Source of the DNA: a virus
Taxonomy: Duplodnaviria > Heunggongvirae > Uroviricota > Caudoviricetes
Virus record (IMG/VR): IMGVR_UViG_3300021963_000033
Length of the DNA stretch: 64,000 nucleotides
Reading direction: 5' to 3' (one strand)
Position numbers and translations under genes: made by a program
Notes under the pieces: generated by a model
Seen by the model: only the letters and a program-made list of their open reading frames with translations
What the model was told of the DNA's origin: nothing
Database searches by the model: none
Shown here: in pieces, positions 9,513 through 20,200 of the stretch
Layout of the letters: each line of letters starts with the position of its first letter
Numbering within the stretch: the stretch's first letter is position 1

Positions 9513-9541
9513 TATATACGCTACTTTACTCAAGAAGTCAA
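9513..9541 (-). promoter_or_regulatory. sigma70-like promoter
   Basis: TTGACT-17 bp-TATATA upstream of the 9477/9032/8325 genes. Confidence 0.55.
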
Positions 9542-9546
9542 GGTTT

Positions 9547-11415
9547 TTATACAGTGCGAACCCAAAGTTTTATTGTCGATACAGTTTCTTTGGTTGCAAT
9601 CACTGTTGCACCAGAGAAGTTGCTTGAATACGTTCCACTAAAGTTGCTGGCATAGTTACCAGTATAGTTTCTAGAACCTGAATAGTAACCAGTGTAGTTA
9701 CCTGTAAAGTATCCAGTATAGTTACCAGTGTAGGTTGCAGTTCCTGCATAGTAACCAGTGTAGTTACCTGTAAAGTATCCAGTATAGTTACCAGTGTAGG
9801 TTGCAGTTCCTGCGTAATTGCCAGAGAAATAACCAGTATATGTGCCTGAATATGTTCCAGTATATGTTGCTGGACCGACATAATTGCCTGTAAAGTATCC
9901 CAGATATGTGCCGAGATATGTACCAGCATAGTTACCTACATAGTTTCTAGATCCTGAGAAGAATCCAGTATATGTTCCGAGGTAGTTACCTGCATAGTTA
10001 CCAGTATAGTTTCTCGAACCGCTATACGTTCCGAGATAATTCCCGCTGAAACTACCAAGATAATTTCCTGTGAAGTTGCTCGAATAAGTTCCGAGATAGT
10101 TACCTGCGAAATTTCCACCAACGAAACCACCAAAGAATCGTGTATATGTTCCTAGGTAGTTACCAGAGAAGTTACCGAGATATGTTCCGGAGAAGTTGCG
10201 CGAATAAGTTCCGAGATAGTTACCTGCGTAGTTACCTGCATAGTTTCTCGAACCAGAATATGTTCCTAGATAGTTTCCGCTGAAGTTACCTGCGTAGTTA
10301 CCTGCATAGTTTCTCGAACCAGCATAAAAACCAGTATAATTACCACTGAAGTTGCTTGCATATGTTCCAGAATAACCAGCAGTTCCTACAAAGTTACCGA
10401 CATAGTTTCCACTGAAACCTCCCGAGTAAGTTCCGGAATAGTTTGCTGGTCCGACATATCCGCCGCTGAAATTATTTGCATATGCCCCAGAGTAATTTCC
10501 TGTGTAGTTTGCTGGTCCAACATAACCGCCGCTGAACGTATTTGCAAAGTTACCCTGGAAGTTTCCAGCATAGTTTGCAGTATAGTTTCTTGAACCTGAA
10601 AAGTTGCCGAGATAGTTACCAGAGAAGTTACCTAGATAGTTCTGTGGTGTTACTTGCTCTCGGGTATCAGCAAACTCATTACCCATTTCAACCCAAGTGC
10701 CGCTTCCTGGTGCTGTAGATTGAACCTTATATGTGCCGATTCCAGTGTCAATGATTCTGTTTCTGAAACTCGGAAGCATCTGTAGAATTTCAGAAGATGA
10801 CATTTCCTTGACATCTTTGGTATCAATAAGTTTTAGTGGTCTGAGATTGGAGTCTGCTAGTGAAGATGCAGCAGTTTTCTGCCATAGATATGTTACTGTG
10901 TTACCGCCATTGGCAACATCAGTTAATGTGTATCGAGCAACCCATGTTCCGCCTGATGGCGCTGTTGGTTGGAGGCGATATTGTCCTGCAGCATATGAAG
11001 ACTCAGTGATCATTGCATTAATTGCGTAGTCTAGAATTTCGGTATCAATTTGACCATCAGTCATTTCTTTGATGCCATCGTCATATTTCAACGGACGATT
11101 GGTAATATTTTCCGTCGCAGCAGCAGTAACCTGTTTAGCGGTATATGTGACAGTGTCAACCGCGCCAGTTGCTGGGTGAGTTCCTGTTGCTTCTTGGCGA
11201 TCGGTGTCAACGAATGTTCCGATAGAAGTACCAGAACCGCTGTTGTTTGTCGTGATATTAATTTCAGCGGTACCAGTACCATCTGAGTTTGCACCAAAGG
11301 AAACTGTCAGAGTTTGCGCAATATAATTCTTTACTTCATCTGCAGACATCTGCTGCAGACCCTGCCAGTTCGCAGCAGAAACTGGTGTTGCTGATGATTT
11401 GTTTCTTAAAACCAT
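9547..11415 (-). CDS. Tyr/Gly/Asn tetrapeptide-repeat fibre protein B
   Basis: N-terminal domain paralogous to 11418..13505, about 350 aa of x(Y/F)xG repeats, C-terminus ATKETVSTIKLWVRTV. Start moved to MVLRNK. Confidence 0.75.
   Translation of the reverse strand: MVLRNKSSATPVSAANWQGLQQMSADEVKNYIAQTLTVSFGANSDGTGTAEINITTNNSGSGTSIGTFVDTDRQEATGTHPATGAVDTVTYTAKQVTAAATENITNRPLKYDDGIKEMTDGQIDTEILDYAINAMITESSYAAGQYRLQPTAPSGGTWVARYTLTDVANGGNTVTYLWQKTAASSLADSNLRPLKLIDTKDVKEMSSSEILQMLPSFRNRIIDTGIGTYKVQSTAPGSGTWVEMGNEFADTREQVTPQNYLGNFSGNYLGNFSGSRNYTANYAGNFQGNFANTFSGGYVGPANYTGNYSGAYANNFSGGYVGPANYSGTYSGGFSGNYVGNFVGTAGYSGTYASNFSGNYTGFYAGSRNYAGNYAGNFSGNYLGTYSGSRNYAGNYAGNYLGTYSRNFSGTYLGNFSGNYLGTYTRFFGGFVGGNFAGNYLGTYSSNFTGNYLGSFSGNYLGTYSGSRNYTGNYAGNYLGTYTGFFSGSRNYVGNYAGTYLGTYLGYFTGNYVGPATYTGTYSGTYTGYFSGNYAGTATYTGNYTGYFTGNYTGYYAGTATYTGNYTGYFTGNYTGYYSGSRNYTGNYASNFSGTYSSNFSGATVIATKETVSTIKLWVRTV
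9683..9813. repeat. 66-bp-period tandem duplication (22-aa unit)
   Basis: 9683-9747 is identical to 9749-9813 by eye. Confidence 0.8.
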
Positions 11416-11417
11416 GT

Positions 11418-13505
11418 TTATGCTGTCCTTACCCACAATTTAACAGATGAAACTGTTTCTTTGGTTGCTTGTATTGTTGCGCCGGAATATGTTCCTGTAA
11501 AGTTATTTATATAAGAACCAGAATAAGTTCCGGAGTAGTTCGTAGTTCCAGTGTAATACCCAGTATATGCTGTTCCTACGCCCGCGAAATATCCTGTGTA
11601 ATAACCTGTGTAGTTTGTGATACCAGTATAGTTTCCAGTATAGTTTGGACCTGGAGTTGGTGATCCAGGAATTACACCAGCATAAAATCCAGTATAGTTA
11701 GTTGGAGTTGGTGATCCAGGAATTACACCAGCATAAAATCCAGTATAAGAACCACTGTAGTTACTACCTGGAGTTGGTGCACCAGAAAAATACCCAGCGT
11801 AAGTTCCCGAGTAATATACTAGACCACTATATCCTGGACCTTCATAGTTACCAGTATAGTTTCTAGATCCAGAATAAAATGCTGGTCCAGAATAGTTTGT
11901 TAGTCCTGTGAAATAACCGATATAACTCGCAGGTCCTGTGTAAAACCCAGTATAGTTTGGCCCAGCAGGTGCCGGCCCAAGATAACCACCAGTATAAGGT
12001 GTTGGTGTTGGTCCAGTGTAACTAGAATAAAATCCAGTGTAGAATGCTGGTTGCGGTGTTGGACTTAGATATTCGCCAGTATAAGCATCTCCAGGTTCTC
12101 CAGGTGCTAGAGGTGGACCTTCATAGTATCCAGTAAAATACTGCTGCACTGGAGTGCCTTGATAAGATCCCTGATAGTTCGTTAATCCGCCTGGAACAAT
12201 TCCCTCATAATATCCTGTGAAGTATTGGAATGTTCCTGGTTCAACACCACTAGCATACTCGCCGCTATATGATTGAGTTCCAGTAAAGAACCCAGCAAAG
12301 TTATTTTCTGTTGGACCAAGGTAGTTTACAGGCGCGCCAGCATAAGTGCCAGCATAGTTTCTGGAACCTGAATAGAACCCGCTGAAGAAACTTGGTGACC
12401 CGTCTGTATAATATCCCGTAAAGTATCCTGTATAACTTGGTGCCGGAGAAGGCGATCCAGCATAAAAACCAGCATAGTTACCAGTATAGTTCGTTGGAGT
12501 CGGCGATCCAGGAATTACACCAGCATAGTTACCAGTATAGTTCGTTGGAGTCGGCGATCCAGGAATTAAACCAGAATAGTTTCCAGTATAATTAACTGGT
12601 GATTGATAATTTCCAGTAAAGTTACTACTGTAATTTCCTGACACAGAATACGGTGCAGAATATGTAACTGGACCAGCATAGTTACCACTATAATTACCAG
12701 TAAAGTTTCCGCTGTAATTACCAGCATAGTTCTGTGGTGTTACTTCTTCACGAGTATCCGTGAATGTGTTTCCTGTTTGAATCCAAGTGCCGCCACTAGG
12801 CGCATCCGTTTGGATTTTATATGTTCCAATACCCGTTTCAATAATTCTATTTCTGAAGACTGGAAGCATCTGTTCGATTTCTGCTTCAGTCATCTGCTTA
12901 CAGTTACCACCATTAAAAACTCTTAGTGGCGTATAATCTACTGTTGGCGCTGAAGATGCAACTGTTTTCTGCCACAGATATGTTACAGTGTTTCCACCTT
13001 GCGCTGTATCTGTTATTGTATATCTTGCAACCCAAGTTCCGCCCGATGGAGCAGTTGCTTGTAGTTTATATTGACCAGCAGTATATGATGAATCTGCAAC
13101 CATTGCATCAATACAGAGATCCATTGTGCTATCAATGTCACTGTCTGACATTTCTTCTAGACGAGAATCCCATGCAAGTGGTCGGTTGGTAATATTTTCA
13201 GTCGCCGAAGCAGTAACTTGCTTAACATAATATGTTGTTGTAGAAACTGAACCAGTAGCAGGGTGTGCCCCGATAGATTCAGTTCTGTTGGTGTCAACAA
13301 AAGTTCCGATTGACGTACCAGAACCTGAGTTATTTGTAGTAATGTTGATTTCAGCGGTTCCAGTACCATCTGTTACTGCAGCAAATTTTTCTGTGATTAC
13401 ATTGGCAATATAATTTTTTACCTCTGCATCGGTCATGGTCTGCAAACCGCTGATGTTTGCAGAAGTGATTGGGGACCCTGTTGCCTTGACCTTTAGAGGA
13501 TTCAT
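11418..13505 (-). CDS. Tyr/Gly/Pro-repeat fibre protein A
   Basis: Same N- and C-terminal domains as fibre B. Central x(Y/F)xG repeats are interrupted by GSPTP/PAP motifs. Confidence 0.75.
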   Translation of the reverse strand: MNPLKVKATGSPITSANISGLQTMTDAEVKNYIANVITEKFAAVTDGTGTAEINITTNNSGSGTSIGTFVDTNRTESIGAHPATGSVSTTTYYVKQVTASATENITNRPLAWDSRLEEMSDSDIDSTMDLCIDAMVADSSYTAGQYKLQATAPSGGTWVARYTITDTAQGGNTVTYLWQKTVASSAPTVDYTPLRVFNGGNCKQMTEAEIEQMLPVFRNRIIETGIGTYKIQTDAPSGGTWIQTGNTFTDTREEVTPQNYAGNYSGNFTGNYSGNYAGPVTYSAPYSVSGNYSSNFTGNYQSPVNYTGNYSGLIPGSPTPTNYTGNYAGVIPGSPTPTNYTGNYAGFYAGSPSPAPSYTGYFTGYYTDGSPSFFSGFYSGSRNYAGTYAGAPVNYLGPTENNFAGFFTGTQSYSGEYASGVEPGTFQYFTGYYEGIVPGGLTNYQGSYQGTPVQQYFTGYYEGPPLAPGEPGDAYTGEYLSPTPQPAFYTGFYSSYTGPTPTPYTGGYLGPAPAGPNYTGFYTGPASYIGYFTGLTNYSGPAFYSGSRNYTGNYEGPGYSGLVYYSGTYAGYFSGAPTPGSNYSGSYTGFYAGVIPGSPTPTNYTGFYAGVIPGSPTPGPNYTGNYTGITNYTGYYTGYFAGVGTAYTGYYTGTTNYSGTYSGSYINNFTGTYSGATIQATKETVSSVKLWVRTA
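11652..11747. repeat. 51-bp-period tandem duplication (17-aa unit FYAGVIPGSPTP)
   Basis: A 45-bp identical block occurs at 11652 and 11703. Confidence 0.75.
12469..12590. repeat. 51-bp-period tandem duplication (17-aa unit NYTGNYxGxIPGSPTPT)
   Basis: Near-identical blocks starting at 12481 and 12532. Confidence 0.75.
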
Positions 13506-13507
13506 TA

Positions 13508-13990
13508 TTAATTCAGCCTGTTACCGCTTGTGTCATAAACAATGAGATTTGTTACACGATACCAATCTTGCGTATCTTGTGCAACCAATTCCACCGATGA
13601 GTATGGTGCTAGATTGACACCAACATTGACAGTTCCACCGTCAATAACATCTGAGGTATTTGGATACACAACAATAGTAACTGCTGTAGTGTTGATAATC
13701 TTGATAGTCAACCCAGCGGCAGCAGTCGGGAGTTTTACGCCCTGATTTGCTGTTGCTGTTGTGATCATGTTTACAGTTTTTGTCAGCGCAGTCGCGTCAC
13801 CTTGAGTAGTTCCTGCTGCTGTGACTGTTCCTGCGACCGATTTGGTAAGAGTTCCAGTAAGTGTGAGATCTGCAAAAGAAGGACTGGCACCAGATTCATA
13901 CTTATCTGAATTCAAATTGCTGAAGTTATCATCAACTTCAGTATTCGTCAGCGGAGTCCCCTTTACAGATCTAAGGGTAAGTGTGCTCAT
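13508..13990 (-). CDS. virion structural/fibre-anchoring protein
   Basis: MSTLTLRSVKGTPLTNTEVDDNFSNLN is a conserved T4-like fibre N-terminal motif. Confidence 0.7.
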   Translation of the reverse strand: MSTLTLRSVKGTPLTNTEVDDNFSNLNSDKYESGASPSFADLTLTGTLTKSVAGTVTAAGTTQGDATALTKTVNMITTATANQGVKLPTAAAGLTIKIINTTAVTIVVYPNTSDVIDGGTVNVGVNLAPYSSVELVAQDTQDWYRVTNLIVYDTSGNRLN

Positions 13991-13995
13991 GCTTT

Positions 13996-14214
13996 TTATC
14001 CTTGTTTCTGTAGAATTTGTGTTAGTAAGTTTTTAATTTCAATCATTTCATTCTTAAGATTATTTATATCGTCTCCATATGTTTCGATTTGCTTCATATG
14101 TTGTTTACGAGACTTATATGCATGCAGAGCAGGCAGGTCATTCGAAAGTATTGCCTTCGAATGACCATCACGTTCATACTTTGTTGTATCAGTTAATTTA
14201 ATTCTAGTGGTCAT
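13996..14214 (-). CDS. conserved small T4-like hypothetical protein
   Basis: YERDGHSKAILSND...DDINNLKNEMIEIKNLL. This gene typically follows the VrlC-like gene. Confidence 0.7.
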   Translation of the reverse strand: MTTRIKLTDTTKYERDGHSKAILSNDLPALHAYKSRKQHMKQIETYGDDINNLKNEMIEIKNLLTQILQKQG

Positions 14215-14215
14215 G

Positions 14216-17200
14216 TTATACCTGTAACGCAATCGCTCTTAGTTCTCTTACGCGAGGAACAACAGAACTATTTGACGAGAGAGGAACAACCTTCACTGCG
14301 AAAGATTTATACCCGCTGAAAGTAGCACTTCCAATCGTGTATTCTAAGACACCAGCGTTTTTGTTTGCAGTAGGAATTGTGTACTCATACTCAACAAACC
14401 CAGATTTTGCTGCACTGTCAAGAGGAGAATTGGTTAAATCCAATTCAATCCAATCAAGATCATCAAAGTTTGATGCATCGGTTGCGTTTTGGAATCTACC
14501 ATAAACTTTCACGTCACATCCTGTTGGAATTTTATTGCTCAGATAAACCTTCAAATCTTCTGCGTCTTGACCATCGTCAAGAACTACGCGACGAGAGATA
14601 TACTTCGATGCAGCCAAACCATTGTTTCCATCTTCATTTGTATTGACATTGTTAATGTCATTGGCAATAGCAATAATTGAACATTTTCTTGTATCAATAA
14701 CAGGCGAAACAGTTGATGTTTGAGTCATCATTCCTGCTCTTACAGTCAGAGATTTGTCGCCGCCGAGATCTGCTTGTTCATTCGAATATGAGTAAACTTG
14801 TGCCTCATATGACAATTCATGTTCTTGACCGAAGTTAATGCCCTCGAAGGAAGTTCCGCCAGCACCTGCACCAGTTGCGGTAGGAGCAACGGACCAAGAA
14901 ATTGTGGCAGGAGTATGATCAATACAACCCATGTTCGTTTCTAGCACATTTAGTTGCTTGTTTTCAATTTCAGTAACTTCTGCATAAGTGGTTCCATTAC
15001 CAACGATGTCATTAGCAGTAAACGATCCAGAATTAACCAATAACTTACCAACATTATAGAGAGAATCATATTGCTTCACAAACGCTCTGTTGAGCGTAAC
15101 AGTAACTACAGCACTGGATCCACCACCGCTCGAGATTGTCAGAGTTGGATTGCCTGTATAACCTGCTCCTGGATTTGTAACGACTACATCAGTTACTGCG
15201 CCACCGGAAATTGTTACATCAACTGTGGCATTCGTTGTCGCTCCACCGCCTGATAGGGTGTGGGCAATAGTTCCATTCGTATAACCACTTCCTGGATTCG
15301 AGATATTAAACGAGAACCCATGAACAGTATCACCTGCTTCAAAATTACCATCGGAGAACGAATCAAACTTGAGGAAGTCAACGTCCATGTTCTTCATGAC
15401 AAGCGAACCAACAGTATTGATTGCAAAGTCAGCGCGACGCAGAGTAAACTTAATATCTTCTTTCTGCCATGCTGTCCACGATCTATTGTTCGCAGAAGTA
15501 AACAGAACACCAATATGTGGTTGCTCCGAGATTCTGTTTTCGGTTCCTAGTTCGTTTTCACCAAGTTCCGACACCCAGATATTATAATCTGGATTGTTAC
15601 CTGCAGGAAGAAGAACGAAACAGTACTCTGTATTATTTTGCAGATATACTGGCGATGGGAATGTGAAAGTTGTTGCCGTCGCAGCGGTTTCGCTGACATT
15701 AACAGCGGCAGGATTTAGTGTTACTTCACCAAACGGAATTACCTTGTTACCTGGATAACCATTAACAACTTCGCGAATCTGTAAAGTGATTGGTGCGCTC
15801 GATGATTTAGTTCTGAAGTAAATATCAAGGTTAGTAACATAACATCCAAACGGCATACCTTCAACATAGAAAGTTTGTGCGATAGGATCTCTACCTGCAG
15901 GCGGACGCGCACAAGGATTTACTGTGTTACATCCTGCAGGAACAGTTACTGTTTCAATACTTCCATTGACAAGTCCGCCGAACCCACCAAGACCACCAAT
16001 TACAACTTCCGATTCTTCCCAGCAGGTTGTTACTGGTTCACATGGATTTGAAGTTGGAGTGTCAGCGATAGGCACTACAACAGGAGTTGGATCAACAGGA
16101 GGATCGCCCGAAACAAGCGGAGGATCCTGAATGATATTTGTAATATTTGTTTCATTGATAACTGTTGTGTTGGTAACAGTATTATCGATGTTTGTGATAT
16201 TGTTGACTGTAGTAAACGTATTATTTACTGTCGTTTGAACAACACCAACAGTTCTATCGGCAATTCTATTTTCTGTTCTTTCAGTTTCGAATACTGATCT
16301 AGAATCAGATGTTGAATTCAATTCTATATTAGCGACTCTGGTCGAAATAACTGTATCTTGAACGTTTTGTGAAAGTCCATTCGCAGACCAAGTTTTAGTG
16401 GACGCTGTAGTAATGAATGCATCACGGTTGAATTGGTCGTCGCATAGACGGAAGTTCTTATCACCTGTTCTGAATGTTCCTGCTGGAATTCTAAACTGAC
16501 CAACACAAACACCTTGTGCATTTGTGATTAGTGGGTCGCCATAATTACCATCGGCATACGATGAATATGCAGCAGGATCTGTTGGTTTAACATCAGTCGC
16601 TGGGTCGAAGTCTAGTGGACGACAATGATCAGCAACACCAACACCATCAAAGAACGGGAATACGCGAGTATTCGGTTTCAATCTTTGCGCAATGAATGTG
16701 ACAGTAACTGAGCGCATGAACGGAATGATCGAAGTATTCGTTACTCGAGCACCAGTTCGCTGAGTCTGTGTTTCTGGAGTAACAGACAGCGAAACACCCT
16801 GTCGAGTTTGGCGCTGTTCAATTGTAGTCGTGACAACTTGTGTCTGTTGCTGTAAGAACGTATCACCACGTAACGTAGTATTACCTGCTACAGTTTCTGA
16901 CGACTGACCGACTGCAGTTCTACCAGTTACTACATCTTGCCAGTCACCCCATTGAGTTCCCCAAGCATCTGTCATGGTTTCCCATGCATCATAGTTTCCG
17001 TCGAAGTTTACGCTAACATCTGGTTGTTGTGCGGTATCCGTCCAGTTATCGACTGGTGGATCTAGTTCCATATTTCCGATGTAATTGAATAGTAATTCGC
17101 CGACGCAATTTCTTGGTTTGGAGGCAAAAGGGTTAGATGTCATGTCAATATTGACATACGGGAGAGTGATTAGATCTCCTGTTTTGTAGACATTTGTTGA

Positions 17201-20200
17201 ATTTGCATAATCAAACGCGAGGTCAATATTTTCTAGATAGAAGAAAGGACGCATCTCTTTCTTCGATGGATCGATAGAGATGTGATATGCAGAATCGAAG
17301 ACGTTACCAACGTTATGACCTGTGAACGCATCAACAAGAATACCATTCTTAAATCTGTCAAGACCTGCACCATCAGGAATAGAAAGATCGCTTGCTGCCT
17401 TTTCAAGCAGAGATAGCGAAGTATAGTATTCAAGGCGGTTAATGCGTTGCTCGAGGACACCAATATCGCGCATGGTGTAACGACGATTGTCGATGGTGCG
17501 GAATGATACGCCATAGTCTGGACGATTTACGCTCTTAGCGACATTCGGAGCAAGCGATGGATATGGAGGAATGCTGATTATTGCCAACGACATCGCATTT
17601 TCAGGTTCTGCTGGCGTCAACGGTGCGAGTGAAGGAGTTCCGTAGATAGAACTGAAGATACCCTCGGAGTCGATGATCAGTCTGTCTGTTCTGCCGAGAT
17701 AATATTCCAGATCCGTTGTGAATTGTTCAGTTGGAACAGGGTTCGTGATACCAACTGATGGAGCAGAGATAGAAGCACCTTCACTTGGATTGGTTGTAGC
17801 ACTAGCGACAGTCGTAGAGTTCGCAGCAGAATCTGTGAAACGAACACGGAAATCTAAGGTATCGCGAAGATCAAATGATTCACCAGTAATCGGTGAATTG
17901 TAAACAGGAATATCCTGAGTTTTAATTGTCGCAGCAGTCGCACCAGTGTCATCGATTGGATACGAGTCTACTGTGAAGAAAGTTCCGTCCGCAGAAGCAC
18001 CGTCATGGGTGTAGTAGTCCAACTTGACAACAAGTTTCTTGTCGACAAGAGATGGAGCAGATGGTTTCTTAATGATTTTAGCATTACGATATTCGTTATC
18101 GCGTTGACCACTATCAAGAGTAAACGAAGACGCGATGTCCGTTGCATTATTCGCTGCTATCGCAATTGCTATATCAGTATCACTGGTAGTATATGGGAAG
18201 GTGTAAATATTCTTAATTCTATAGACATCCGAGAGACCAAGCGAATACGTACCACCACTTGTTGATGGGTGAGTATTTGTATTGATGACTACATAACGGT
18301 CCTCGCGAAGAACCTTGGTAATCGGTTGAGCGTTTGCCGATTGAACATTTACATAGAGTTTAACTTGTTTTGGTGCCGAAGTAACTGCTCCTGTAAGATC
18401 GATCGTGATAGATTGCGCCGAGTTCTTTGTAAACGTCGCACCCGTAAGATCAATATTAGACCCGATTGGTTTTGGATTCGAATCGATTGTTGCTGCTTCT
18501 TTCAGTACCATAGTGAAATTATTGTTTTTTATGGTAGAAGTAAACGCATCATACGGGAAGGTCTCGTCACCACTCAGAGTGATAGTAACTTGACCTGACG
18601 CATTAAGTTCCCCGTCGAATTCTTTTGTATAGATAAACGAGTTATCATATACATTATTCGGTGCAATAGTTTTCGTTGCACGAGCAGGAATTCTGTAGAG
18701 TGATTTGTTGAAACTTGTTTCTTGAAGAACTGCATTGCTGTTTACGTCAAGAACAACATCAGCATGTCCATCAGCGGCAGCATCATTATAGAAGATACCG
18801 CGAACATCTTTGAAATCGCCGCTTGACATTGTGATATCATAGAGATATAAACGATATTCTGCCGCAGCAGCGCCTGCGGTTCCAGACTCATACACAATTT
18901 GTCTTACGCGAGCAGTACCAACTTCTGAACCTGGAGCAGATGTGGCAGAGAATGTTGTCGCAGTTACTGCACCTGCCGCTGCGCCACGGAGACTTACGCG
19001 ATCGCCACCATTAAGATCCCAAAGACCGCAGAATTCATTGACTAGAATGTAGTTACCATATGCAGTGCTGATAGGAATTTCTTGTTGGTTGACTGTTGTA
19101 AGACCCTTTGGAACTACGACATATTCTGTTTGGAAAGTTTCGTGTTCGAAGCCGCGTACATATGCCTTACCTGCTTCGAGTCCGATAGCAAGAAGATCTT
19201 TGCTACCACCACGCTCTGGATCGACAGTGTTTAATTCGCGTAAACCATTATTCCCGTCAACATTGAGATGTTCTTTGATCAGAACAGGGAATTGTCTTAC
19301 TGCATAGTTGCCCGATTCGTCATATGTGCGTCTTGCCATGTTTTTGCCAAGTTCACCATAGATATTTGCAGTATATGTTCTTTGAATTTCGCCGTTTACG
19401 ATATCGACAAGTTGACTGAATGTTGCAGGAAGAGTTTCTTCTGGACCATACTTAACAAGTGTGGTCGAAACTTGGTATCTATCTGCACCTGGAGCAGCAT
19501 AGTTGAAAGATCCTTGTGCAGGATCCAGCAAAGTTTGATCATCTTCAGATGAAACAGTATTTTCTACGATCTGAAATCCAACTTTTACGGTTGGTAGATT
19601 TGAATACTTAGAAAGTATGATTGTTTGTGCTGTATGGTTTACAAACTTTCCATCAATATACACAATACCATCATCGACTGTTAATGCTGAAGCAATCCCC
19701 CAATAACTGTTGATTGGTTCTGCTTCGTCGTATGTATTGTCAACAACAAATGTATCACCATTTCTACCCGAATCAGTAGATGATACAGTTAGTGTTTCAC
19801 CGCCCTCAAAGTGAACAGCAGTTGATGAACCATCACCGCTAGTATAACGGAGATATAGAGTCTTCAAATTTGGCAGTTCTGCTTCAGTACCAGTTGCGGT
19901 ATCAATGATTACTGCAGTAATTCCTGTTGTGCCGCCTGTTACGGTGTCGCCAACATAGTCTGCTAGTGTATCATTGTCTGCGTTTGCATCTGCGATTTTA
20001 ACAAACGCTCTCTCGGAGTCTAGTTTAAATTCGCAACCTTGAACGACCGAACCATTCTTGAAAATATGGTCACCGAACTTACCAATTTGCGTTTGCAACA
20101 GAGTTTGAAGTTGCGTTAGTTCTCGTGCCTGTACTGCATATCCAGGTTTGAACAGAACTCTGTTGAAATTTTTAGTATCATCAAAGTCGTCATAGTATGG

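Noticed and set aside
9600-12740. Repeated AGTATAGTT/CCAGCATAGTT motifs as a possible CRISPR array or ice-nucleation gene
   Set aside because: The repeats are in-frame codons of two long ORFs with no repeat-spacer structure and no cas genes. The consensus lacks the AGYGSTxT octapeptide of ice-nucleation proteins.
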